Below are positions 39,041 through 51,990 of a DNA stretch of 64,000 nucleotides, piece after piece. Location of the stretch: contig NW_021833449.1 of the NCBI RefSeq assembly GCF_006345805.1, positions 1-64,000 on the forward strand, in the 5' to 3' direction. Source of the DNA: Octopus sinensis. Lineage: Eukaryota. The position numbers were made by a program, and so were the translations under genes. Every line of letters begins with the position of its first letter. The first letter of the stretch is position 1. Under the pieces are notes generated by a model that did not search any database, was not told where the DNA came from, and worked only from the letters and a program-made list of their open reading frames with translations.

Positions 39041-39205
39041 GGCTACAGCAAATATTCTTCTCAATACCACAGATTTGCTTGTCAGTTTTTTTACTATAAC
39101 CAGTTGAGCATGTCCCTTGGTGGCTGACGATGTGTGCATCTCTGATTACGAGCAGAATTACTGGGGCAGCATCATAGACATGTGTTGAGGGGAATTCTTT
39201 GGGTT
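39041..39205 (+). mobile_element. Fragment of the 19065-19560 repeat inserted in the R4 RT
   Basis: GGCTACAGCAAATATTC...CTTTGGG; the RT reading continues TQVSSL|LKTV across it. Confidence 0.75.
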
Positions 39206-40029
39206 CTGAAGACGGTCCACTGTTTTAGCGCTGATATTAGTATAGAATTTGGACTTAAAAGGTTCGGCATAACCTACCATAAAAGAGGCAAGGGGCAGTA
39301 CCATCGGGGATAGAATTATAGAAACGCATGTTGTGGGACTTAAGAATTCAAACATTAACTTGTGTAGGTTGAACTATGTAACAAAATGTAAGATAAAGAA
39401 GCCTAGTTGTTTTCTGTAATGAATACCAATACATACATTTAGAGCAATCTTTTCAGGGGCCCTTAAAATTCTTTTGTGGATCCTCAAATGACTATTTTGC
39501 TGTATAGACCCAAAAAATGTTAAATGGACCTTTCAAAGGTCATATGGACGCCAGTTAAAAACCACTGAGTTAAATCGTCCATAACAGCTTCGAGGGGTGG
39601 TGTAAATGGATTATTTTGATACCAGGACTTGACAGGTGTTTATTTTATAATAAATATAATAATAAATATAATTTATAATAAATAAAAGGCAAAACTAACC
39701 TCGGCGGAGTTTGAACTCAGAACTCAGAATTTAAAGCCGTATTTAAATAGCACAGTGAATGTTCTGAACTAAGGAGTTTAATGATACCGCCAATCTACTA
39801 CCTTAGTGAAGTCTTTTACGTCGGCAAAAGGCCAGGAGATTGAGGAGAGGAGATAGTGCTGAATATCGACTTATTTTATCGACCACGAAAAGAATGAAAG
39901 GCAAAGTCGATCTAGGAGGGATTAGAACTAAGAAACAAGCATCGTAGATGTATGGATCTGTATATAGGATAAGGAATTTTAATCCCAATGCTTTCGCTTT
40001 CCACACTACACCAGATTGTCAACTGTTAA

Positions 40030-40072
<43 letters not shown>

Positions 40073-40876
40073 TCAAAGTATAAAATAAAACCAATATTAT
40101 TAATAACGGTTATGATAATATTGTTAATACTATAAAATATTTCACACTCTAGCATTCCATACTTTAAAAAGTTATTCTTAAAAATGTCGAAATATTGATG
40201 ATACGAAACGAAGAGAGACAATTACAACGAATCAATTTTGTTCATTATTTTATTGTTTATTGACAGGACTTTTAATGAAAAATCTCCTCTCTTTTTTTTT
40301 ATGATTTTATGTTTTATTTATAATTATTTTTTTTATCTAAATTAGAAGAATAGGATATATGGAAAAGAAAAAAAAAGAGGTTATAAAAAAAAAACAACTA
40401 ACAAAGAATACGACTGAGAAATTTTGAAAAATATAAAGAATAAATGATTGAAATGAGTAGAAATATATTTGTGTTGTTTTTGAGATTTTTATGAGAGGAA
40501 TTTTGGAAAAAAAATTAGTTAAATAAAATAATAGAAAATAAATCACGACATAAACCATAAAGAATGTAATTTTTTCATTTTTTGCATTTTTTTTCAGTGT
40601 TTGTTGTTGTTTTTTTTTGTTTTTGTTTTTTTGGCTTTTTTTTACCAAATTCCTTCGTTAATAATTCTGTAATTTATTAATAACCGTTAACGGATATTTG
40701 ATTATAGAAAGTACATAAATATAACATGAGGTGACATAGGAACGAAACTGGAGAGAAATAGAGAGAGGGGGAGAGGGAGAAGGAGAGAGGAGAGGGAGGA
40801 AAAGGGGAGAGGCTGAGAAGGAAAGAAAGGCGAAAAGAGAAGGGGAGAGTGTGAGAGAGAAAAGACAAATAGATAC

Positions 40877-40909
<33 letters not shown>

Positions 40910-41938
40910 AAGAGACACACAGTTACACAGAGATGAGGAGAGAAAGGGAAGAGAAAGAGACAAAGAAAATGAGAGATAGAGAAAGGTAAAGTATGCATGT
41001 GTGTGTGTGTGCGACAAAGAGAGAGCGAGAGAAGGAGAGAGATGAAGAGGCAGCGATTGGGAGTGAGAGATGGAGTTACTAACACATGCAGACATAGAGA
41101 GAGGGAGAAGAGAGAGAGGAAAAGGGACAGAGGTATAGAGAAGGAGAGGGAGTGAGGCGTATCAAGAGAGATAGAGAGACTAAAATACTGAGAGGCTGAG
41201 AGCGAAAGACAGATAATGATGACTGCTATGATGGCGATGATGATGATCATCATCATCATCATAATCATTATCATTTTTATCATTATCGAGAAGAGTGGGG
41301 AATGGATGAAGATGTAACAGAAATGAAAACGGTAGCATCTGTGGGGAAAGATAAAGAGTTAGAGATGTATGAGGAAAGAGAGAAAGAGAGTGAAAGAGAG
41401 TGAAAGAGAGACAGATTTTTTTTTCGTTTTAAGTTAACTAGAAAAATATTTCACACATGCACAGATGCGCACATGAAAAATTTCGAAACTATCTTAACAA
41501 ACAAACAAAAAAAATAACCTTAATTCTAGGCCCTGCCGGTGTTGAAACATCATCCCCACCATCGCTACGACCCGTCAGCAACATATACCAAGGGAGTTAT
41601 TGAAAAAGCCTCTACACCGTCACTCAGCATATTAGATGTAGCAACCAAGTTGTCAGTGAGTCACATAATAGTGTCTTTAATTTAAGAAGGACGCATTAGG
41701 TAATATAATCTTATAAAAATCGGGCTGGTCACTATCATTGTTCCTTTGGGTCAGAGCTGATCTAAAGCTGAACAACGGCCACAACACAGTAGAATAAAGT
41801 TTTTAGCCTCACTTTATTTAATACAATAACGAGAGAGATAACGAGAGTATTTCTTACCAGAAACAGAAACCTAATCTTTAAATGTCACACACTAATTCTT
41901 AATAAAGAAAACAACAATAGGATACTTAGACACTGCAG

Positions 41939-41995
<57 letters not shown>

Positions 41996-42016
41996 TTATA
42001 TATACAAACATATCTG

Positions 42017-42050
<34 letters not shown>

Positions 42051-42072
42051 TATATGTATGTATATATTATAA

Positions 42073-42114
<42 letters not shown>

Positions 42115-42257
42115 TATATGTATGTAGTATATATATATATATATATATACACACACGCGTACACATATACGTGTATATATATGTGTGTATATATATATAT
42201 CACCCATATACACATATACGTGTATATTGTGTGTATATTATTCTATATATATACATG

Positions 42258-42575
42258 TGAGGGCGCGTGGCTTAGTGGGTAGGCATTCGGCTCACGATCG
42301 TAAGGTTGTGAGTTCGATTCCCGCGACGCGTTGTGTCCTTGAGCAAGACACTTTATTTCACGTTGCTCCAGTCCACTCAGCTGGCAAAATGAGTTGTACT
42401 TGTATTTCAAAGGGTCAGCCTTGTCCCTCTCTGTGTCACGCTGATTATCCCCGAGAACTACGTTAAGGGTACACGTGTCTGTGGAATGCTCAGCCATTTG
42501 CACGTTAATTTCACGAGCAAGCTGTTCCGTTGATCGTATCAGCTGGGACCCTCGTCGTCGTAACCGGCGGAGTCT
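42258..42575 (+). mobile_element. tRNA-derived SINE with V/CORE-like head (GTGTCCTTGAGCAAGACAC) and tail type B
   Basis: The tail (CACGTGTCTGTGG...CCCTCGTCGTCGTAACCG) is shared with the minus-strand SINEs at 43520-44298, but the head differs. Confidence 0.8.
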
Positions 42576-43439
42576 TTAAAATATATATACATATATACAT
42601 GTATATCTATGTGCGTGTGTGTGTGTGTGTACGTATGTATGTATGTATGTATACAATACGTATCGATGGCAACCTCCTCATCTCTGAAATGAAAACTAGA
42701 TTGACCTTTTTTCTCTAAAAATGTCAATTCAACTGTGAAATTATTCTTAATTCTTCGATGTTATCTCCACCCTCTTATTGAAGGCTGCTTATAATTATCT
42801 CTAGGCTCTTGTTTTCCTGCTCTGTTTGCGAGTGAAATTTCTAAGTTCAAAAATTTATTGTCTTCGCATTCAATACACACCCCGTTGACTTTCTTATCAA
42901 TATTCATGTAACTGAGCCTCTCATTTATTTTCTATTTGCTTTTTTGGGGGGTGGGGGCTATAATTACTTAAAATACTCTTGCACAATAATGCACTAACTT
43001 CTGTATATGTTAAACTGTACAAATAAATTCAGTATCAAAAATGGACTGTGCTGTAGAGGCTATGCCGAAGGCGAAACGTAACCACGGGCTATCTTCGTCT
43101 CGGAAACAAAGATCAAATGGTCATTTAATTTCCTGAGCATCTGAAATTATCACCCTTTTTTTCATCCAGAGTCGCTAACGATTTCTCCAAGACTCCTTTC
43201 TCTGTTTACGAAGGAATTTCTAGTCAATTATGAATTTATCCTGAGCAACAATCAGCATGCACCGCCTCGACCTTGTTATCTAAATTTATACTTCAGGCCG
43301 TTTTGAGGTATTTTCTCTTTGTTCTATTCTGTTGCACTTATGCAAATTACTCTTGGACAATAATGTAGTAAACGCTATATATGTAAATGTGTCCATATCC
43401 CTTCTGACAACAGAAGGGCTATGATCTCTATGGATGATG

Positions 43440-44298
43440 GAAGCACTCCGTCGGTTACGACGATGAGGGTTCCGGTTGATCCGAATCAACGGAACAACCT
43501 GCTCGTGAAATTATGGAATGGAAGCACTCCGTCGGTTACGACGATGAGGGTTCCGGTTGATCCGATCAACGGAACAGCCTGCTCGTGAAATTAACGTGTA
43601 AGTGGCTGAGCACTCCACAGACACGTGCACCCTTAACGTAGTTCTCGGGGATATTCAGCGTGACACAGAGAGTAACAAGGCCGGCCCCTTGAAATACAGG
43701 TACAACAGAAACAGGAAGTAAGAGTGAGAGAAAGTTGTGGTGAAAGAGTACAGCAGGGATCACCACCATCCCCTGCCGGAGCCTCGTGGAGCTTTAAGGT
43801 GTTTTCGCTCAATAAACACTCACAACGCCCGGTCTGGGAATCGAAACCGCGATCTTATGACCGCGAGTCCGCTGCCCTAACCACTGGGCCATTGCGCCTC
43901 CACTATGATCTCTATCGAAGCACTCCGTCGGTTACGACGACGAGGGTTCCGGTTGATCCGATCAACGGAACAGCCTGCTCGTGAAATTAACGTGTAAGTG
44001 GCTGAGCACTCCACAGACACGTGTACTCTTAACGTAGTTCTAGGGGATATTCAGCGTGACACAGAGAGCGACAAGGCCGGCCCCTTGAAATACAGGTACA
44101 ACAGAAACAGGAAGTAAGAGTGAGAGAAAGTTGTGGTGAAAGAGTACTGCAGGGATCACCACCATCCCCTGCCGGAGCCTCGTGGAGCTTTAAGGTGTTT
44201 TCGCTCAATAAACACTCACAACGCCCGGTCTGGGAATCGAAACCGCGATCTTATGACCGCGAGTCCACTGCCCTATCCACTGGGCCATTGCGCCTCCA
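43440..44298 (-). mobile_element. Two tandem OR-head/tail-B SINEs (43520-43902, 43917-44298) plus a duplicated tail (43440-43512)
   Basis: CTATGATCTCTAT occurs at 43419-31, 43903-15 and 44299-311. Confidence 0.9.
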
Positions 44299-45233
44299 CT
44301 ATGATCTCTATAGCTGCCCTTTGTCTCCAAAACTAAGATCAGATTGTCTGTCCGTTGCATTTTGTTGACCCGTGTAATTAGATTTAATTTCGTGAAATTA
44401 TCTCCCCTCCTCACTCAGAGTTTTAAAAAATGTCGCAAGCCTCTTATTTTCCTTCGTTGTCCACGAGGAAAACCTTAGTAGGTGAAGAATTATTTCGTGT
44501 TTGACATTCAGTGTGGCATCCCAAAGAAATTGTTATTGAAATTCACCCCTCAATGACCTTTGACTTATCTTGTTTTGATTTGTTAAATATTAATTATACA
44601 TATTCGGATAAATAACGCTTGTAGAATGTAAATATGCAAAGAACTTTTATAAAGTCTGGGAAATGCTTTCCGTAAATATTGAATTGGGCATATTTAATCA
44701 AGGAGAATAACTGTATCATTGTGATTCACCTAAAACGAAACCGAAACGCGTCCATAGATGTTCCTGTTTCTCAGGCAATAAACACACCTTTTCTTTACCT
44801 ATTCTTAAGCATTTTAATTCAAAGGTATTCAAAATTTCTGCAAATTATATTCCCTTGTTTTACGGAATTTGCTTTTTCGATTCAAAATGAGGAAAATTTT
44901 AATAAATTGAAAATTTATCACGTACGGCATTCATCGACGCACCGGCTAAAGTCGCTCGGTATTGCTCTGAACACCTAATTCCACAGCCCAAATAACATGA
45001 AAAATTTACACAGTTCCACCTTTCAATACAAGTTATTCCATTTTACTTACGTATTGACTTCTTTTTGTTTAATTTCACTGCAATTTATACCTGTATGGAA
45101 ACAATCATATACATGTTTGTGTGTGTGTCTGTGTATACACATACGCCTATACATACATATATCTACGTATATACATATGTATATATATGTGTGTGTATAT
45201 GCGCGTGTGTGGGTGTGATAGATAGATAGATAA

Positions 45234-45294
<61 letters not shown>

Positions 45295-45310
45295 AGATAG
45301 ACAGATAGAC

Positions 45311-45383
<73 letters not shown>

Positions 45384-45385
<2 letters not shown>

Positions 45386-45560
45386 ATTCACAAACAAACA
45401 AAAGACGAAGACAGGTGGTATAGACAACAAACAGATGTATTAGTTTAACTCTCGGGAAGTGTAAACGTCTTTAACGTTTCGAGCCAAAGCTCTTCCGCAG
45501 ATAGAAACACAGAAAGAAGCAAGGAGAGAAGAAAAATAATGTGTAGTGGCTAGCGATCTA
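45384..45560 (-). mobile_element. Penelope-like-derived repeat with a degenerate hammerhead
   Basis: Second copy of 2764-2935. Minus strand reads CTGCGGA-A-GAGC-tttg-GCTC-GAAA-CG-TT. Confidence 0.55.
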
Positions 45561-45595
45561 TCGTGTGTAGGTTGTGTATGTTTGTGTGTCTGTGA

Positions 45596-45782
45596 TTGTT
45601 TTCCTACATCGCTTGACAACCGATGCTGGTGTGTTTACGTCCCCGTAACTTAGCGGTTCGGCAAAAAGAGACCGATAGAATAAGTACTGGGCTTACAAAA
45701 GAATAAGTCCCGGGGTCGATTTGCTCGATTAAAAGGCGGTGCTCCAGCATGGCCGCAGTCAAATGACTGAAACAAGTAAAAG
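45596..45782 (+). mobile_element. CORE-like SINE tail half
   Basis: Forms an inverted repeat with 45883-46057. Confidence 0.85.
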
Positions 45783-45865
45783 GAATATATATAAAGAGAG
45801 AGAGACAGGTACAAAGAGAGAGGAGAGATAGGAGAGATAAATGTGAGAGAGGCAGGCAGGCATAT

Positions 45866-46281
45866 ACTCTTTACTCTTTACTCTTTTACTTGTTTCAGTC
45901 ATTTGACTGCGGCCATGCTGGAGCACCGCCTTTTAATCGAGCAAATCGACCCCGGGACTTATTCTTTTGTAAGCCCAGTACTTATTCTATCGGTCTCTTT
46001 TGCCGAACCGCTAAGTAACGGGGACATAAACACACCAGCATCGGTTGTCAAGCAATGCTAGGGGGACAAACACAGATACACAAACACACGCACGCATATA
46101 TACATATATACATATATACGACGGGCTTCTTTCAGTTTCCGTCTATCAAATCCACTCACAAGGCTTTTGGTCGGCCCGAGGCTATAGTAGAAGACACTTG
46201 CCCAAGGTGCCACACAGTGGGACTGAACCCGGAACCATGTGGTTGGTAAACAAGCTACTTACCACACAGCCACTCCACTCC
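45866..46281 (-). mobile_element. CORE-like SINE, full-length
   Basis: Reverse complement of the family consensus. Confidence 0.9.
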
Positions 46282-46569
46282 TGATTTATTAAAATACACA
46301 GCATGTAGCACTTAAGGGCGAACGTGTCAACAAAAAACTGTTCGGTTTATTCTTGAATTTCTATCAGGTGATGTTTATTATGCAACTTCTTAATTACAAC
46401 AAGAAGATAAAGGTGAGTGCGAAGTCGGTGTTAATAGATGCACTTGGTTGTGGTGATGATGGTTCGTGCTGGTGATGGTGGTGATGGTTATGGTAGGGGT
46501 GGGTGGCGGTAATAGGTTTGTTGCAGTAATGATACCGGATATTCGTTGATTGTATACCGGGTAGAAGCG

Positions 46570-47200
46570 AAGGCTTTGATGGTGGTGGTGGTGGAGGTGG
46601 TTTTGGTGGTGGTGGTGGTGGTGGTGGTGGTGGTGGTGGTAGAGAAGGTGGTGTTGATGGTGGACAAAGAGACGAGCAATGGTGACGCTGTTAAGGTGAC
46701 GCTGGTTGAAGTGTCAAAAATAATAGGTAACAGTGGTGGTGGTGGTGCTGGTGATGGTGGTGGTGGTGCTGGTGATGGTGGTGGTGGTGGTGGTGGTGGA
46801 AGCGGTGGTGGGTGTCATGGTATAGGTGATAGTCGTTGTAGCGGTGATGGGATCATGGTGGCGGTGTTGGAGATGGTGATGGCGATGGTGGTAATGATGA
46901 TGATAATGGTGGTGTCGGTGGGATGATGATGATGGTGGTAAGGTGATGGTAGCGGTAATGGTAATGATGTTTGTAGTGGGATCGATGATTGCAGGTTGGT
47001 GGTGGTGGTGGTGGTGGTGGTGGTGGTGATGGTGACACTGGTGAGGGAATTCCGACAATGGCGTCGATGGTGATAGGGGTGACGATGGTGTCGATGGTAG
47101 TTGACTTAGTGGTGGTGGTGGTGGTGGTGGTGGTGGCAGTGTTGGTGGGGGTAGAAGTGGCAGTGGTGTATATAATAGTAGTAGTAATGGCTGTAGTAGC
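46570..47200. repeat. (GGT)/(GAT)n degenerate microsatellite
   Basis: Direct inspection. Confidence 0.9.
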
Positions 47201-47327
47201 TTATGTCACAATGCCATCACCGTCCAAATATATTGATTATTAGGAAGAATTTGATATGGCACCACCGTTATTAGTTTTGGAAATTCCCAGAACACTGTAT
47301 CTGTACAAATGTGTGTGTCTATGCGTG

Positions 47328-47366
<39 letters not shown>

Positions 47367-47563
47367 ATGTATGTATGTATGTAGTGTGCGCGCGAGTGCC
47401 TGTGCGTATGTAGGGATATGCATACGAGTGCATATTCACTGTGTGTGTGTGTCGATGTAGGTGAGTTTATGCTTGGAAAAATATATCTGCATTAGTATGG
47501 TGCATGGTTGCATGTAAGTGCATATGTGTGAGTATTTGTCACTACTGATGTGCTTGCAATTGC

Positions 47564-47629
<66 letters not shown>

Positions 47630-47720
47630 TGACAGACAGACAGACAGACTGACAGACTGACAGACAGACAGACAGACACACAGACAGACATATATGACGA
47701 CAGACAGATAGATAGATATG

Positions 47721-48030
47721 TTTCTTTATTAGCCATACAGGGCTGCACACAAACGGGACAGATTACAAAGTAGAACTTTTCTATAGGGGGAGAAAAAAAT
47801 GCGGGGTATGTTTTCGATCAAAAGGGATCGTTAAAGGGGGGGAAGCGATCAATACGGATCGTGTATCACAGAAATGTCATGATGTAAAGTGTAAAGGGGG
47901 AAGTAGATAAGGTCTATCTGTGGAAAGAAAAGCCTACGGAAAAGACCACGGTCAATATGTTAACACATTTGTTTGCAAGTAAGTAACCCTCTGTTTTAAT
48001 GTCTGCGCATCATCAACCACGGCATGCCCA
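47721..48030 (-). mobile_element. Internally deleted short copy of the Tx1-like LINE
   Basis: 47721-47997 aligns to ~5242-5624; 48000-48030 matches 6485-6515. The 3' end abuts (GATA)/(GACA)n. Confidence 0.8.
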
Positions 48031-48931
48031 CGACCAAAATTATTGGGTTCGAATTCCGCCAAGGAACACTTTGCCTTTCATCCTTTGGGGAGGGGGTTCG
48101 ATAAAATAAGTACTAATTGAGCACTGAAGCCGACGTAACCGACTTAACTCTCCCCTCACATTGCTGACCTTGTGCCAAAATTTGAAACCAATATGTTTGA
48201 TTCACTTTACCTCCTGACAATTATTCTAAAATAAAATTTACACCCCACGCATCAGCTTTGTTCAATAAATTTAGTTTAAATTTCAGCCATAATAAACAAC
48301 CGACAAAAGGAAATGTTGAAAAAACAGAAAACGCTTTTAAACATTATTAATTTAATTCCAAGTAACGACAACCATAAAGCATAATAATGCTATTTCCTAT
48401 ATTTATGAATTAATGGTGAACAGATATCAAAACCAAACACAGACTATTCTACTATCAGTCTCAGTAATTAACAATTAAACAATAGAGATCGTTAAATTTA
48501 AAGTGATACTAGGAAAAAATGTAGCATTCTTTTACAAAATAAGCCTACTTAATATTATTCAAATTTAGATTTTCTAAAATTTTAATTGAAATAGACGCAG
48601 GCCTGGATGTATGGTTTGGAGTTTCCTTCCAAAGTACATGGTTCCAGGTTCAGCCCCACCCCCGAGGCACCAACCAAAACCTTGTAAGTGTATTTGGTAG
48701 ATGGAAATTAAAACGAGCCCGTCATATATAAATATATATATCTAATGACGATAAAATTTCTTTCGAAATATTAAATAATACCTTAAACGGTTAAATTTAT
48801 AAACAATTCATAAATGAGGGCAAAGGAAAAAAATTTCTAATACGCACGCTACTTGAAAAAAGGTCGACAGACATTTCTAAAAGATTCCATTATTACCATA
48901 TCGGACCGATTTCAGAGTTAGCTAATAAGAG

Positions 48932-48964
<33 letters not shown>

Positions 48965-48967
<3 letters not shown>

Positions 48968-49200
48968 TCTTTTACTTGTTTCAGTCATTTGACTGTGGCC
49001 ATGCTGGAGCACCGTCTTTGGTCGAGTAAATCGACACAGGACTTATTCTTTGGATGCCTAGTACTTATTCTATCGGTCTCTTTTGCCGAACTGCTAAGTT
49101 ACGGGGACGTAAACATACCAGCATCGGTTGTCAAGCGAAGCGGGGGGGGGGCAAACACATACACACAAACATACACATACAAACACACACACACACACAC
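48965..49200 (-). mobile_element. CORE-like SINE tail half
   Basis: Family tail in reverse. Confidence 0.8.
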
Positions 49201-49377
49201 ATATATAATCTGTTTTTTATATAAATTTTCATCTGTCCTGCCCGCCAAATTTGGTTCTGGTGTTCGCTGAATTTTTCCTCTAGAGAATTCCTTTGTAGTT
49301 TGATCGTTGATGATCTATTTCTAGCATACGGCCGACTACCTAGCAGTCAAGCCCTGCCAATATACACCTATATATAT

Positions 49378-50470
49378 ATTGGATCATCCCATGACTAATG
49401 CATTTTTTTACTTGTTTTTATGTTTCAAAATTAAGATAAACAATGTTCCTTTTTAATCTAAAATATACTCTCATTCATTTCCTACAATGCTCTTCTACGT
49501 ATCTGGTAGACTCGCAAGGCCCCACTTCTAAAATCCTCTTGTCCGTGACGAAAAATTCTCCTCCAGTACTATTCTGCCCTCATCTACAGAGTTCATATTT
49601 TCCGTCCAAATGATTTTGAAGACTGCAGAATAAATGATAATCAGATGGGGCAATGTCCGGCGAATATGGTGGACATATTCAAACTGCTCCAGTCTTTGGA
49701 ATGTCCTCCTAGCCGTATGTAGGCGAGCATTGTCCCGGTGGAAGAATACCTTTCGTCTTGAAACCAAAGATGGTAGTTTTTCATCTAGTGCTGCTCGCAG
49801 TAGATCTGCTTTGTTAGCGTTTGGTTTGGGTTTTAAAATTCAGAGTGGGCTGAACCTTTCATATTCCACCAAACAGATAAGAAAACCTTACGTAGTTGAA
49901 GACCTTCTTTAACCTGGGGTGTCGGTGTTTCTCCTTTCGCTACCCATTGTCTTCGACGCTTGACATTTTGATAGAGAACCCATTTCTTATCACCAGTCAC
50001 TATTCGGTCCAAAAAAGGTTCATTCGTGAGACATGACAGCAAAAAAGAACACACATTCACTCTTTGCGCGCGATTAGAGACGGAAAGTTTGTGAGGAACC
50101 CGTTGAGCCAATTTGCTGACTTTTCCGATGGCACGCAGGAGTTGCTGAATCGTTGAATGACCAAATGCAAGCTTCTCTACTAGTTCCTCAACAGTTACGA
50201 TGGAATTTTGTGTCAACAGGGTTTGCAGTATGTCCTCATCGAGCTAACAGATCTTCCAGTACAAGGCTTATCTTCTAGGCTGTAGTTTCCGACTCGGAAT
50301 TTCTGGCACCACCGTTGACAGTGGTTTACGCTTATTGTCCGATCCTCATATACTGCATTAATATTCCTCGCACTTTCCGTTGCGTTGTTGCCTCTATTGA
50401 ATTCATAAAGCAAAATGTGCCGAATATGCTTCTCTGACACTTCCATTATAGCTTTCAAAAAAAATAACTG
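49378..50470 (-). mobile_element. mariner (Tc1/mariner, DD34D-type) transposon relic
   Basis: Candidate TIR TTGGATCATCCCATGACTAATGC follows (TA)n at ~49378; no matching second TIR was found. Confidence 0.8.
49453..50446 (-). pseudogene. mariner transposase pseudogene
   Basis: MEVSEKHIRHILLYEF (HTH), QRVPHKL (WVPHEL motif), DRIVTGDKKW, FHRDNARLH, PYSPDIAPSDYHLF; contains frameshifts and stops. Confidence 0.92.
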
Positions 50471-51139
50471 TTAAAATCGAACTGCACTTTCCAAGACTTG
50501 AACTAAGAATAAGGACAAGGCATAGCTACTACACGCTTTTATAGCAAGTTGATACAGTTTATTCCCTCCTCCTCTGAATTTTAGTGCATGCAACCAAAAA
50601 AACAGCATTTTGTTCCCATTAAGGTTGCGGGCTGGCAGAATGGTTAGCACGCCAGGCAAAATGCTTAGCGACATTTCGCCCGTCTTTACGTAATATAATA
50701 TATATATATTACGGAGATTTACTTGCATAGCAAGTGACCTGATCTGAGGTCGTGTGCTGGAACGAAAACAATTGCAGCGAGGGAAGTGTTTATAAACCAT
50801 TTAAGAAACACACAAAAAACCGTTAGATTCACTTCAATTGCGAGTTAATTCATTCAGTTAAAATTTCTTCAAGGCGGTGCTCCAGCATGGCTACAGTCTA
50901 AAAGATGAAAAAATATAGATTAGTTATTCTCTGTCTCTTCATTAATGTAAATACTTCGCGACTTGTACCGACACGAGGCAACAAAAAAGAAAATTTATTC
51001 AAGATGACGCAGAGCAGAACCGAACGCGCATTTCATGTTTGCAAAGTATACTTCTTAACCACTCTGCCAAGCCATGATTCAACACATATTTGTGTGAGTG
51101 TGCGCGTGTGTGTATTCATGCGTGTGTTTGCATGACTGT

Positions 51140-51270
51140 ATTTATGTATGTATGTATGTATGTATGTATGTATGTATGTATGTATGTATGTATGTATATA
51201 TGTATGTATGTATGTATATATGTATGTATGTATATATGTATGTATGCATATATGTATGTATGTATGTATG

Positions 51271-51301
<31 letters not shown>

Positions 51302-51935
51302 ATATGTTTGTATATACGTATGTATGTTATGTATGTATATATATATGTATGTACATATGTATGTATGTATGTATGTATATATGTATGTATGTATGTATAT
51401 ATGTATGTATGTATGTATGTATATATGTATGTATGTATGCATGTATGTATGTATGTATATATGTATGTATGTATGTATGTATATATGTATATGTGTATAT
51501 ATGTATGTATATATGTATGTATGTTATGTATGCATGCATGTATGTATATATGTATATATGTATGTATGTATGTATATATGTATGTATGTATATATGTATG
51601 TATGTATATATGTATATATGTATATATGTATGTATATATGTATGTATGTTATGTATGCATGCATGTATGTATGCATGTATGTATGTATGTATGTATGTAT
51701 GTATGTTATGTATGTATGCATGCATGTATGTATATATGTATATATGTATGCATGTATATATGTATGTATATATGTATGTATATATGTATGTATGTATATA
51801 TATATGTATGTATGTATGTATATATGTATGTATGTATGTATATATGTATGTATATATGTATGTATGTTATGTATGTATGTATGTATGTATATATGTATAT
51901 ATGTATGTATGTATATATGTATGTATATATGTATG

Positions 51936-51966
<31 letters not shown>

Positions 51967-51990
51967 AATGTATGTATATGTATGTATGTA
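51140..51990. repeat. ~850-bp (TATG)n/(TA)n microsatellite
   Basis: Direct inspection; source of the 292-, 293- and 361-aa MYVC ORFs. Confidence 0.97.

Larger units (their letters stand above)
38000..39310 (+). pseudogene. R4/Dong-clade non-LTR reverse transcriptase fragment, interrupted by two insertions
   Basis: Pieces: [88 protein letters not shown]. These match R4/Dong RT motifs. Confidence 0.75.

Noticed and set aside
43566-44368. Recurrent 60-90-aa ORFs such as MRESCGERVQQGSPP... (also 1074-1277, 56973-57191)
   Set aside because: They are translations of SINE sequence; the similarity between them reflects repeat copies, not a gene family.
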